Origin: Candidatus Pacearchaeota archaeon
GTDB taxonomy: Archaea > Nanobdellota > Nanobdellia > Pacearchaeales > GW2011-AR1
DNA: 64,000 nt
Assembly (NCBI GenBank): GCA_041649295.1
Contig: JBAZNI010000001.1
Coordinates: forward strand, 76,720 to 140,719
Direction: 5' to 3'
This document shows positions 19,410 through 29,090 of this stretch, piece after piece. The position numbers and the translations under genes were made by a program. A model generated the notes under the pieces. It saw nothing but the letters and a program-made list of their open reading frames with translations. It had not been told where the DNA came from and made no database searches. The stretch's first letter is position 1, and each line of letters starts with the position of its first letter.

Positions 19410-19973
19410 CTAACAAAGAATACTTCTGATAACTCCCTGCCTTGATATCTTAAAATCTAAATCCATTGGAGAAACTAAATCTCCATTTTTGTATGCTTCA
19501 ATTTCCAATCTTATGCTTCCTTCAGGAGCATCATCAGGAATTTCCAGTGTAATTGCTTTTATTGGTTCCCTACTGCTTGGGCTTACTTCTCTTGGGCCCC
19601 ATGAATCTCTTTGACTTGGAACCCAGTCATTTAAATCAATATTATTCGGCATATTTGTAGAACTTATTTTAATCATTTTTATTTCATACCTGCCTCCCTG
19701 CGGAGAATTAATTGAGCAATAAATATAATTTGTACCTGGGGGCATTGTTTTTGCTTCCTGACTTCCGATACAAACAACCTCTCCTCTAGAAGTTTCAAAA
19801 AGAGAATTTATCTCATTTTCAATTTTTTTATTAAGGTCTTGCGTGAACCCAATTGCCCCGCACATAATTGACCTTAAAAAAACAAATCCTAAAATTAATA
19901 TCACCACAGATAAAACAACTACAACAATCGTTGTCATTCCTAATTCAATTGCTGCCTTTTTATGTTTCAGCAT
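19410..19973 (-). CDS. Type IV pilin-like protein (class III signal peptide)
   Basis: KKAA|IELGMTTIVVVVLSVVIL N-terminus. Confidence 0.7.
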   Translation of the reverse strand: MLKHKKAAIELGMTTIVVVVLSVVILILGFVFLRSIMCGAIGFTQDLNKKIENEINSLFETSRGEVVCIGSQEAKTMPPGTNYIYCSINSPQGGRYEIKMIKISSTNMPNNIDLNDWVPSQRDSWGPREVSPSSREPIKAITLEIPDDAPEGSIRLEIEAYKNGDLVSPMDLDFKISRQGVIRSILC

Positions 19974-19974
19974 T

Positions 19975-20247
19975 TTATATCTTTATCAATTTTCTTACTA
20001 ATTTAATAACAAGGAAGATTAACGCAGATGCTAAAATTAATCCAATGCCATCTATAGTTCTTGTAAAGTCTGTAAGTAGTAAATAAACCCCATAGATAAA
20101 CACTATAAGCAAAACAAGATAAACAAACCAAAATGTTCCGGTTTTAATTTTGCTTGGTTTATATCCTACATAATTTTTCTTTCTCATCTCTTTTTTAGAA
20201 CTTTTTGTTTTTCTTCTTGCTATCTTTTTAGAAATTTTCTTTGCCAT
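19975..20247 (-). CDS. Hypothetical membrane protein
   Basis: Basic N-terminus, two TM segments. Confidence 0.6.
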   Translation of the reverse strand: MAKKISKKIARRKTKSSKKEMRKKNYVGYKPSKIKTGTFWFVYLVLLIVFIYGVYLLLTDFTRTIDGIGLILASALIFLVIKLVRKLIKI

Positions 20248-20302
20248 TTATCACCTTTTTATATTTTAATTAGTTAAAAGCCATTTATAAAAGTTTCTTT
20301 TA

Positions 20303-20374
20303 TGGGGCCCCCGTGAATCGAACACGGTACACCTACGTCTTCAGCGTAGTGCTCTCCCAATGAGCTAGGACCCC
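20303..20374 (-). tRNA. tRNA-Phe(GAA)
   Basis: Reverse complement GGGGTCCTAGCTCATTGGGAGAGCACTACGCTGAAGACGTAGGTGTACCGTGTTCGATTCACGGGGGCCCCA folds as cloverleaf. Confidence 0.95.
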
Positions 20375-20471
20375 TTAACAAAATAAGTAATAGTGGTTTT
20401 TTAAAGGTTGTGAGAATCTAGATTTGTAGGCAAATCAATTTTTTGATATTATCTTTTTAATAATTATCAAC

Positions 20472-20743
20472 GAGCGAGTTAGAGATAGGCCACATTCTGT
20501 TGTTTGTCCTTTAAGGAATCAAACATGCTAACATCTGACTATGCGGTTTTAAACCTTGCACCAACCAGGATGCTCGTTCCAGCCCAAAAGGGTATCGTTT
20601 CTATCTCATTGCCCTGCCTCACGACAGTATTCTTTCGAATATGGTTATAAGTGGTGTGCGGACCTTCCTCAGACACAGAGAATTCATTTTTAATTCTTGT
20701 TGATTTAACAACACTGCACCGAAGTTAGCTGTCTAACTCGCTC
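20472..20743 (-). ncRNA. rnpB: RNase P RNA
   Basis: 12-bp P1 GAGCGAGTTAGA/TCTAACTCGCTC; CR-I GAGGAAGGTCCGCA and CR-V AACAGAATGTGGCCTA able to form P4. Confidence 0.9.
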
Positions 20744-20795
20744 TGAAAAATACCAGAATACAAATGTTTAAAAACCTTTTCTTTATTGAAAATCT

Positions 20796-21620
20796 ATGTT
20801 AGACGAAGTTTTAAACACAGCAGAGGACTTAGTAATAATCGGCAAGTCAGGAACAAAAGGCAAATATGTTTTTGCTTTTCCACTAAAAGGAGAAGTTGCA
20901 AAACACTATTTTTATAAAACTCTTGCAGATGGAGAAGAAAGAAACGTAGCTGGTTTTAAAGAGTACTGGCAATTTGATGATAAAACAGGATTAATAACTG
21001 GCTCAAGCACTTTTTTAGCTTTAAGACTTGATGAAGCAGTTAGAGCAGATGGTTTTTGGATACCAGATATAGAAGAAGCATTATTTTTAGATAAAGAAAG
21101 AAGATTAACAAATGGAGTTTACAGAGATTATGGATTAGCTGTTTTTAATGATAGAGAACCTAATCAAGAAGTGGCAAATGAAATTATTAGTAAATCTGGG
21201 AATAGAGAACTGCCATTAATTATCCCTTTTAAAGATGTGGCTCATAGACTAGATGGAAATTTCCCTTATGGTGTTGCAATTTCTTTAGTTGATAATCCTT
21301 CTGGATTAAAATCAGGAGAACAAGCGCAGAAAATTTTAAGCAGGTTTAATTATGTTGGAGATTCTGGGGCGTGCAGGGTTTATCGCTACAGGTACAGCGG
21401 TTGGTTTGCTGGCTTGGACGGGTTGGGCGGCTCTGGCTCCGGTGGTCGGGGGGATTTTTTGTGTGGCGAAGCCACACGCGCTGATTTGTTAAGTGCCCAT
21501 GATGGTTTACTTAAAAGAAGATATGATGCTAAACTTTTTGAATTAGCAAAAGAAGAAAAAAGATTGTTAGCACAGCAGGATAAAGAACAAATGTCTTTCT
21601 TAGAACAAATTGGCATGTAA
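20796..21620 (+). CDS. DGR target protein with variable region
   Basis: Contains VR 21367-21450 encoding ACRVYRYRYSGWFAGLDGLGGSGSGGR, matched by a downstream TR. Confidence 0.9.
   Translation: MLDEVLNTAEDLVIIGKSGTKGKYVFAFPLKGEVAKHYFYKTLADGEERNVAGFKEYWQFDDKTGLITGSSTFLALRLDEAVRADGFWIPDIEEALFLDKERRLTNGVYRDYGLAVFNDREPNQEVANEIISKSGNRELPLIIPFKDVAHRLDGNFPYGVAISLVDNPSGLKSGEQAQKILSRFNYVGDSGACRVYRYRYSGWFAGLDGLGGSGSGGRGDFLCGEATRADLLSAHDGLLKRRYDAKLFELAKEEKRLLAQQDKEQMSFLEQIGM
21367..21450 (+). repeat. DGR variable repeat (VR)
   Basis: 84-bp ungapped match to 21841-21924 with 18 mismatches, all at TR adenines. Confidence 0.95.
21461..21477 (+). promoter_or_regulatory. DGR homing hairpin (GRA loop)
   Basis: GTGTGGC-GAA-GCCACAC, 10 nt after VR. 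Confidence 0.85.
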
Positions 21621-21840
21621 ATTATATAAACCAATGTTTCTTTTTAAGATTCCTAGCCATTAAATGGCTGGGCCACACGCCAATTAATTAGCACATCATT
21701 TAGATTTATTTTAAGTCATGAAATTCAACTACGACAATTAGTAGTTATGATATGAATGCGAAACTTGAAGTAGTGGTGCTCTGTCGTTAAGACACTAGGA
21801 GGCTCCTTTTTAGGAGAGATTAATTGGCTACAAAGTTGGA

Positions 21841-21924
21841 GGGCGTGCAGGGTTTATCGCAACAGGAACAGCGATTGGAATGCTAACTTGAACAAGTTAG
21901 GCGACTCTGACTCCAATGGTCAAA
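21841..21924 (+). repeat. DGR template repeat (TR)
   Basis: Intergenic AAY-rich copy: CGC AAC AGG AAC AGC GAT TGG AAT GCT AAC TTG AAC AAG TTA GGC GAC TCT GAC TCC AAT. Confidence 0.95.
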
Positions 21925-22014
21925 TGGCTCAAATATGGCTAGGATATTATTTCAGATAAAACAGACTAAAAGATTTTTAAAAATCTTTTTATATGGTGAT
22001 ATCTTTAATTTTTT

Positions 22015-24678
22015 ATGGATTATTACACCTTGAAAAAAGAAGATGTTTTGAAAGAATTAAAAACCGGCTTTAACGGGCTTTCAAACACAGAAGCAAAAAA
22101 AAGAATAGTTCAATATGGCTCTAATGTAATTTTAAAACAAAAAACAATAAACCCATTTTTTTTATTTATCCAGCAGTTTAACAGCGCTTTAATCTATATA
22201 TTAATAATTGCTGCAGTTATTTCTTATATTTTTGGGCATATCGTTGATGTTTATATTATTGCAATAGTTATTTTAATTAATTCTCTTATTGGATTTTTAC
22301 AAAGCTATAGGGCGGAAAAATCAATTGATGCATTAAGAAAATTAATTGTGAGTTATGCAAAAGTTTACAGAGACGGAAAATTAACTAAACTGAAAGCAGA
22401 AGAATTAATTCCTGGAGATGTAATACTTTTAGAGCAGGGAGATAAAGTCCCTGCTGACTGCAGATTGCTGGAGCTAAAAAATCTTCAGACTGTCGAATCT
22501 TCTTTAACAGGAGAGAGTTTTCCTATAGATAAAAAAGACATAGTCCTCTCTCAGAAAACCCCTATTTCAGATATGGTTAATATGGTTTTTATGGGAACAT
22601 TTATTTCTAATGGCAGCTGCAAAGCAGTTGTTGTTGCAACAGATAATGAGACAGTTATAGGAAAATTAGCAAAAGAACTTCAAAGTGTTCAACATCCAAA
22701 ATCCCACTTTTCAAAAAAAACAAATATCTTAGCAAAACAGATGGCAGCTATTGCAGTTATAGGGGCATTAATCACTTTTTTGATAGGTTATTTTATTAGA
22801 GGTTTTGAATTTGCAGAGATTTTATTATTTACTATTGCCTCGCTAGTTTCTAGCATTCCAGAAGGATTGCCTGCAGTTCTTGCAATTGTTCTTGCAATTG
22901 GCGCATTTAGAATGTCAAAGAGAAACGCACTAATAAGGAAACTTCCTGCAACAGAAACTTTAGGAGTTGTTACAACAATTATAACTGATAAAACCGGAAC
23001 AATAACTGAAAATGTAATGTCTGTTGAAAAGATAATTATGCCCGGATATCCAGAGATTTCTATAACTGGCACTGCATGGATTCCAAAAGGGGAATTTATT
23101 CAGATAGGCAAGAGAATAAATCCGTCAGATAATCTTCAGCTAACAAAACTTTTAGCTATTTCAAAAATCTGCAATAATTCAAGGTTGCTAAAAGAAAGTG
23201 ATAATTATAGTATAATCGGGGACCCTACAGAAGCAGCACTTTTAGTATTAGGTGAAAAATCAAAAATGTCCTTAGATGAGGAAAAGATTGATGATATACC
23301 ATTTAACTCTGAATTAAAATACCGCGCTTCTTTAGTTGCATTAGTTAAAGAGGATAATATAAAGCAGATATATGTTGTTGGAGCTCCTGAAGAAATTATT
23401 AATTACTCCTCTCATTTTTTAAATAAAAATGCAAAAAAAATTCTTTCAAAAAAAGATATTTCAGAGATAATGGGGGGAATAGATAAATTGACTAAAGGGG
23501 GGATGAGAGTTCTTGCACTTGCTTATAAAAATACTTCTGCAGACATTAAATCAATTTCAAAAGAAAATATTAATGGATTAACTATCGTGGGAATAGTTGG
23601 AATAATGGACCCTCCGCGCCCAGAAGTTAAAGAAGCAATTGAGAGAGCTAAAAAAGCAGGGATAAGAGTGATAATGGCAACAGGAGACCATAAAGGAACT
23701 GCATTATCTGTTTCAAAAGAAATAGGCTTAGTAGATAATAATTATACTCAGGTTTTCACAGAATCAGAATTGAAATCTCTTTCAGAAAAAGAATTTTCAA
23801 AGGTTGTCATGACATATAATATTTTCGCGCGCCTTACTCCAGACATGAAATTAAGAATCGCTTCAGAATTACAGGCTCAGGGAGAAACAATTGCTATGAC
23901 TGGGGATGGTGTTAATGATGCTCTTGCTATTAAACGCGCAGATATAGGTATTGCAATGGGAGTAATAGGAACAGATGTAGCTCGTGAAAGCGCAGAGCTC
24001 GTTTTAGTAGATGATAATTTTGCGTCAATAATAAATGCAATTGAAGAAGGCAGGATTGTTTTTACAAATACAAGACAGGCAAGTTTTTTTCTTATAACTA
24101 CAAATTTCGCTGAAAACGCTACAATAATTCTTTCATTACTTGTAGGTATGCCTCTTCCACTTTTACCTACTCAAATATTATGGTTAAATCTAGTAACTGA
24201 TACTGGTTCTGGAGTTTCTCTTGCAGTTGAGCCCTCTTATAAAGATGTTTTGCACGAGAAACCAAGAAACCCTAAAGAAAACATTCTCTCAAAAGAAATA
24301 ATTCCATTTTTAGCAATTATGGTCGCTACAATGGTTGCTCTTACATATTTTATATTTAATTATTTCCTTGCATTTAGTGTTGAATCAGCAAGAACAGCTG
24401 CTTTTTCAGTTATGGCATTTACCCAGCTTTTTAATTTATTTAATATGCGTTCTCTGAAGAAATCCATTTTTAAAATAGGGTTTTTATCAAATAAATATAG
24501 TATATTTGCATTTGTTTTATCTGTACTTGCTGTTTTAGCTGTAATTTATATCCCTTTAATTCAAAAAGCATTCAACTTTGTTCCAATTGCATTTACAAGC
24601 ATGATTTTAATATTTATCCTTTCTTCATTGGTTCTTGTTTTTGGAGAAATCTACAAATTTGCGAAGAAGAAATTTTAA
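22015..24678 (+). CDS. P-type cation-transporting ATPase (type II, Ca2+-like)
   Basis: LTGES, PEGL, DKTGT, TGDH, GDGVND. Confidence 0.95.
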   Translation: MDYYTLKKEDVLKELKTGFNGLSNTEAKKRIVQYGSNVILKQKTINPFFLFIQQFNSALIYILIIAAVISYIFGHIVDVYIIAIVILINSLIGFLQSYRAEKSIDALRKLIVSYAKVYRDGKLTKLKAEELIPGDVILLEQGDKVPADCRLLELKNLQTVESSLTGESFPIDKKDIVLSQKTPISDMVNMVFMGTFISNGSCKAVVVATDNETVIGKLAKELQSVQHPKSHFSKKTNILAKQMAAIAVIGALITFLIGYFIRGFEFAEILLFTIASLVSSIPEGLPAVLAIVLAIGAFRMSKRNALIRKLPATETLGVVTTIITDKTGTITENVMSVEKIIMPGYPEISITGTAWIPKGEFIQIGKRINPSDNLQLTKLLAISKICNNSRLLKESDNYSIIGDPTEAALLVLGEKSKMSLDEEKIDDIPFNSELKYRASLVALVKEDNIKQIYVVGAPEEIINYSSHFLNKNAKKILSKKDISEIMGGIDKLTKGGMRVLALAYKNTSADIKSISKENINGLTIVGIVGIMDPPRPEVKEAIERAKKAGIRVIMATGDHKGTALSVSKEIGLVDNNYTQVFTESELKSLSEKEFSKVVMTYNIFARLTPDMKLRIASELQAQGETIAMTGDGVNDALAIKRADIGIAMGVIGTDVARESAELVLVDDNFASIINAIEEGRIVFTNTRQASFFLITTNFAENATIILSLLVGMPLPLLPTQILWLNLVTDTGSGVSLAVEPSYKDVLHEKPRNPKENILSKEIIPFLAIMVATMVALTYFIFNYFLAFSVESARTAAFSVMAFTQLFNLFNMRSLKKSIFKIGFLSNKYSIFAFVLSVLAVLAVIYIPLIQKAFNFVPIAFTSMILIFILSSLVLVFGEIYKFAKKKF

Positions 24679-24914
24679 CTTGTTAGTATTTGTTTACGAT
24701 TGCCATCATTCAAAACAGCTTCTATTTTTAGTTCAGAAGCCACCTTTCTAGCAATATCCATAGCATCTAATAAATTAAATCTTGATTCATATTCTTCACC
24801 GGAAGCATTCTCTGCCATATTACATAGAGCTCTATCTTCAAGAATTAACCTTACATTATATTGTATCCCTGAAAAATGGCTAACTTCTACATAAGGGCCC
24901 TGTTTTTCTACCAT
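24675..24914 (-). CDS. Hypothetical protein
   Basis: 79 aa ORF. Confidence 0.5.
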   Translation of the reverse strand: MVEKQGPYVEVSHFSGIQYNVRLILEDRALCNMAENASGEEYESRFNLLDAMDIARKVASELKIEAVLNDGNRKQILTS

Positions 24915-25111
24915 AATTTTCCATAAATTGTGTGTTATTAAATATTTCGCTTATTAATTTATTCATAAATTGATTTTTACTCCGCGAAAATTACATAGTA
25001 CTACCTTTTAGTTAAATAGTATATAAATAAAAGTATATATTAAAGTATATATTTTATCAGGGTTTTGCTTATAAAACTTGATTGTTTTTTAGTGTTAAGG
25101 AGGTAGTGATT

Positions 25112-25270
25112 ATGAGAATAAAAGTTACTTTTGACAACAAAAGAGGCGCTAGCTTATTCCCAGAAAAACACTTTGGACTTATTCAGGACTTAATAGAAAA
25201 ATATCCTAATGCCCTTTGGAGAAAAATCAGCAACAAAAACGGACAACAGGGATACGAGTTAGAAGTGTAG
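25112..25270 (+). CDS. Small hypothetical protein
   Basis: AAGGAGGT SD before ATG at 25112; T-rich tract after the stop. Confidence 0.55.
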   Translation: MRIKVTFDNKRGASLFPEKHFGLIQDLIEKYPNALWRKISNKNGQQGYELEV

Positions 25271-25320
25271 TTTATTTCTTTTCCTTTTCCTTTTTATGTT
25301 TTTATTCCTCTTTTGCAGTT

Positions 25321-25773
25321 TTACCTTTTAGATGGTTCAATGAAAAACCCTTCTCTTGCAATAAATGCACGATTTGATTCAAATAAATTTATTACTTTGT
25401 CAGGAATAAAAGGCATGGCAACTTCCTCGCATAATTTTGCTAAGCCAAACCAGTGAGTTGACTCTAAAACAATAATATTATTTCCTGCTCCGGCATTAAC
25501 AACCCCAATTCTTTGACAGCAGTTGCCAGTGTCTAATTCATTAGCATAACAATTCTCTTTCCAAAATGCAGCATAAGCTCGATATAAACTTCTATACCCT
25601 CTTTGATTTACTTTAGTTCTTACATCTGAAACCCCCTTACATAATCTATCCTCATGTAACCCAACTAGAGAATAAGCTGGGAAAATACCTATATCCAAAA
25701 GTGCACCAGCTTTCTGGGAATCTTCAGGAAATTTGCAATAAACTAGTCTAAATCCTAAATTAGTATTTGTCAT
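25321..25773 (-). CDS. Hypothetical protein
   Basis: 150 aa ORF. Confidence 0.55.
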   Translation of the reverse strand: MTNTNLGFRLVYCKFPEDSQKAGALLDIGIFPAYSLVGLHEDRLCKGVSDVRTKVNQRGYRSLYRAYAAFWKENCYANELDTGNCCQRIGVVNAGAGNNIIVLESTHWFGLAKLCEEVAMPFIPDKVINLFESNRAFIAREGFFIEPSKR

Positions 25774-25840
25774 ATTTTTGCATATCCTTCGAGTTTTTAA
25801 ATTTTTATATAATCTAAAATGTTCTCCAAACCAACTTATC

Positions 25841-26071
25841 TTATTTGATATTTAACTCAATAGAATTTATTAAAAAATCTGAATCAAGAGAATCTTTAAG
25901 TATCTTTGAAACTCTTGTGATTGCACCAGTTTGAACACTATCGCGATTATCATTTTGGGCGACATCTATCTTATAATAGGCCCCGGGTTTTGCTTCTAAA
26001 ACAATTCCTCTCTTTAAGTCACCTACACAAATTTCGCTTTTGTCATTTAATCTATAAGCTTTTATTAACAT
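25841..26071 (-). CDS. Hypothetical protein
   Basis: Likely start MLIKAY within the 108 aa ORF. Confidence 0.45.
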   Translation of the reverse strand: MLIKAYRLNDKSEICVGDLKRGIVLEAKPGAYYKIDVAQNDNRDSVQTGAITRVSKILKDSLDSDFLINSIELNIK

Positions 26072-26144
26072 TTTACTCAATGATAAGCTATAAACTCTTA
26101 TTTTTAAATTTTTATATAGTCTAAATCTGCTTTTTTGTGTTTTA

Positions 26145-26426
26145 TCATCGAGCAGATACAGACTCATTAATTTTTTGAACTAATCTACCTATTCTATCTT
26201 CTAATTGGGCATATGCTGATGCAATTAAAATTCCCGTTTTATCTCTTCTATTAGCTCCAATAAATCTACCATCTCTATCAGTAACATAAGGTTTTAAATT
26301 TTCAATATGTTGTTTTGCATTAAGAAGGTCCTGAATTAAACCTCCTAGACATAGATCAGATGAGGGAGTATAATCATAAAGATATTTTCTTGCTTCTTCC
26401 AATACCTTTCTTTTATGAAATAACAT
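26145..26426 (-). CDS. Hypothetical protein
   Basis: 93 aa ORF. Confidence 0.5.
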   Translation of the reverse strand: MLFHKRKVLEEARKYLYDYTPSSDLCLGGLIQDLLNAKQHIENLKPYVTDRDGRFIGANRRDKTGILIASAYAQLEDRIGRLVQKINESVSAR

Positions 26427-26486
26427 AAAGAATTTAGCTTTAGGACCTTTTTAAAAATTTATATAATCTTATTATTAACTAGATTT

Positions 26487-27524
26487 ATGGTTCATAAACA
26501 AAAGATATTCATAAAGACATATGGCTGCCAGGCTAACATAAATGACTCAGAGATTATGGCAGCCTTATTTAGCAGAAAGTATCAGATTGCTGACAGCGAA
26601 AACAGCGCAGATATAATCTTTATTAATTCCTGCGCTGTCAAAAACAAAACACAGTCAAAAATACTAGATTATATTAAAAAACACAAAGACAAAAAAATAA
26701 TTGTTGGAGGGTGTTTAGTAAAAACATTGGATATTAAAAAACAATTTCCAAAAGTAAAAACAATTGATACAATAAATCTCCAAAGATTAGGAAAAGAGTT
26801 AATACGAAATAAGAAAAACATAGCAATTATCCAGATTTCTCAAGGATGCATGAATAACTGCACTTATTGTGCAACAAGATTAGCAAAAGGAAAACTAAAA
26901 TCTTATCCTATTAAAAAAATAAAACTTGAATTAAAAAAAGCAGTTGATGAAGAAATAAAAACAATTTACATTACTAGCCAAGATAACGGGTGTTATGGAA
27001 AAGACACAGAAACAAATTTAGTTGAATTATTAAGAGAATTGATAAAAGTAGAAAGAGACTATAAAATTAGAATAGGCATGTCTAACCCTCAATATGTTGT
27101 GAAATATTTAGATGAATTATTATCAGTTATGGAAAATAAAAAAATAATAAAATTCCTGCATATTCCTGTTCAGTCAGGAAGCAATAAAGTTTTAAAAGAT
27201 ATGAAAAGAGGGCATAGCTCAGAAGATTTTGTAATAATAGTAAATAAATTTAGGAAAAAATTTCCAAGGCAAAAATTCCCGGACTCAACAATAGCAACAG
27301 ATATTATTGTAGGATATCCAACTGAAACAGAAGATGATTTTCAAAAAACATTAAATTTAATAAAAAACACTAAACCTGAAGTATTAAATATCTCTGCATT
27401 TTCCAGCAGAGCAGGAACTCCTGCCTCAAGGTTAAAACAACTCTCAAGTGAAATAATAAAACAAAGAACTAAAAAGTTAAATGATATTTATAGGGAATAT
27501 AGAAAGGAGTTAAAGGGTAGTTAA
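26487..27524 (+). CDS. MiaB/MtaB-family tRNA methylthiotransferase (no obvious TRAM domain)
   Basis: UPF0004 TYGCQAN..DSE, NSCAV, GGC; CMNNCTYC; HIPVQSGS; TDIIVGYP.ET. Confidence 0.9.
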   Translation: MVHKQKIFIKTYGCQANINDSEIMAALFSRKYQIADSENSADIIFINSCAVKNKTQSKILDYIKKHKDKKIIVGGCLVKTLDIKKQFPKVKTIDTINLQRLGKELIRNKKNIAIIQISQGCMNNCTYCATRLAKGKLKSYPIKKIKLELKKAVDEEIKTIYITSQDNGCYGKDTETNLVELLRELIKVERDYKIRIGMSNPQYVVKYLDELLSVMENKKIIKFLHIPVQSGSNKVLKDMKRGHSSEDFVIIVNKFRKKFPRQKFPDSTIATDIIVGYPTETEDDFQKTLNLIKNTKPEVLNISAFSSRAGTPASRLKQLSSEIIKQRTKKLNDIYREYRKELKGS

Positions 27525-27770
27525 AAATATCTCTAATTCCGGAGGAGTTAGACCTGTTCTAATATTTAGAGGAACTACTTTTTTATAATGTTCTGCAGTT
27601 AATCTTAAACTTTCTTTAGCTTCTTCTATAAGAATATCCACCCCCGCATGTTCTTCTTCTGTATGGACAAATGTTTTTCTTTTTTGCATTTCTTGGAATA
27701 ATGTAAATTCTTTTATAAGATCTCCATAAGCCATTGCAATAATTATTGTGCTATCACGATTATATTCCAT
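27510..27770 (-). CDS. Hypothetical protein
   Basis: 86 aa ORF. Confidence 0.5.
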   Translation of the reverse strand: MEYNRDSTIIIAMAYGDLIKEFTLFQEMQKRKTFVHTEEEHAGVDILIEEAKESLRLTAEHYKKVVPLNIRTGLTPPELEIFLTTL

Positions 27771-27830
27771 AAATCTTCTTAACCGAGTATATTTTTAAAT
27801 ATTTATATACTAATTCTTATAACAAAATAT

Positions 27831-29090
27831 ATGGAAATTAGAATGATAAAAAAACCAAACTTAATGTCACCAGTCGGTAATTTTGAAAGCTTAGCAGCTG
27901 CTATAAAAGCAGGTGCTGACAGTGTTTATTTTGGCGTCGGAAAACTAAACATGCGTTCGCGCTCATCGATTAATTTTACATTAAAAGATTTGGAAAAAAT
28001 TGTTAAAACATGCAAAAAAGCAGGTGTCAAAACATACCTTACTTTAAACACAGTTATGTATGACGAAGATTTAAGTGAAATAAAAAAAATATGCGATGCT
28101 GCGAAAAAATCTGGAATTGATGCTGTAATTGCAACAGACATAGCAGTAATTGAATATTGCAATAAAATTAAATTAAGTGTTCACATGTCAACTCAGACAA
28201 ATATATCAAATATCGACGCTGTTAAGTTTTATTCTAAATATGCTGATGTAATTGTTTTAGCGCGAGAATTAAATTTAGAACAAATTGCTAAAATAATAAA
28301 TCAAATTAAAAAAGAAAAAATAAAAGGCAAAAATGGCGAGCTCATAAAAATAGAAATCTTTATCCATGGCGCAATGTGCGTTTCTATATCTGGAAAATGC
28401 TCTATGTCTTTAGCTTTGTATAATAAAAGTGCTAATAGAGGTGAGTGCCTGCAGACATGCCGTCGTAAATTTTTAGTAAAAGACAAAGAAACAGGAGATG
28501 AATTAGAAATTGACAACGAATATATTATGTCTCCTAAAGATTTGTGCACTATAAGATTTTTAGACAAATTAATTGAAGCAGGAGTTGATGTTTTTAAAAT
28601 AGAAGGCAGAGGAAGAAGTGCAGATTATGTTTACAAAGTTGTTTCTGCTTATAGAAAAGCAATTGATGAATATTTTAATAAAACTTTGACTAAAGAAAAA
28701 ATAAAAGATTATGAAAAAGAATTATCGACTGTATTTAACAGAGGTTTCTGGCACGGAGGATATTATTTAGGAAATAAACTGGGTGAGTGGAGTGGCAGTT
28801 ATGGAAGCAAAGCAGAAATTGAAAAGCATTTTATAGGTATTGTAAAACATTATTTTCCAAAAGCAAAAATAGCAGAGTTAGAAATGCAAAAAGAATCTTT
28901 GAAAATTGGAGATGAAATTTTAATAACCGGAGATGTAACTGGAGTTATTAACTGCAAAATAACCAGTATTTACAAAAATGAAAAGCCGGTAAATTCTGTA
29001 AAAAAATCTGATGAAGATGTTACAATTAAAGTTCCTGAAAAAGTCAGAAAAAATGATAAGATTTATGTTTTGAAGAGGAGAAAAGAATAA
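27831..29090 (+). CDS. Peptidase U32 family (RNA hydroxylation TrhP/RlhA-like)
   Basis: GADSVYFG, HMSTQ, LAREL, HGAMC.S.SG.C, NRG.C.Q.CR, FKIEGR. Confidence 0.92.
   Translation: MEIRMIKKPNLMSPVGNFESLAAAIKAGADSVYFGVGKLNMRSRSSINFTLKDLEKIVKTCKKAGVKTYLTLNTVMYDEDLSEIKKICDAAKKSGIDAVIATDIAVIEYCNKIKLSVHMSTQTNISNIDAVKFYSKYADVIVLARELNLEQIAKIINQIKKEKIKGKNGELIKIEIFIHGAMCVSISGKCSMSLALYNKSANRGECLQTCRRKFLVKDKETGDELEIDNEYIMSPKDLCTIRFLDKLIEAGVDVFKIEGRGRSADYVYKVVSAYRKAIDEYFNKTLTKEKIKDYEKELSTVFNRGFWHGGYYLGNKLGEWSGSYGSKAEIEKHFIGIVKHYFPKAKIAELEMQKESLKIGDEILITGDVTGVINCKITSIYKNEKPVNSVKKSDEDVTIKVPEKVRKNDKIYVLKRRKE

Noticed and set aside
21621..21840. Avd/accessory ORF between target and TR
   Set aside because: Only 220 bp with no ORF of suitable length.
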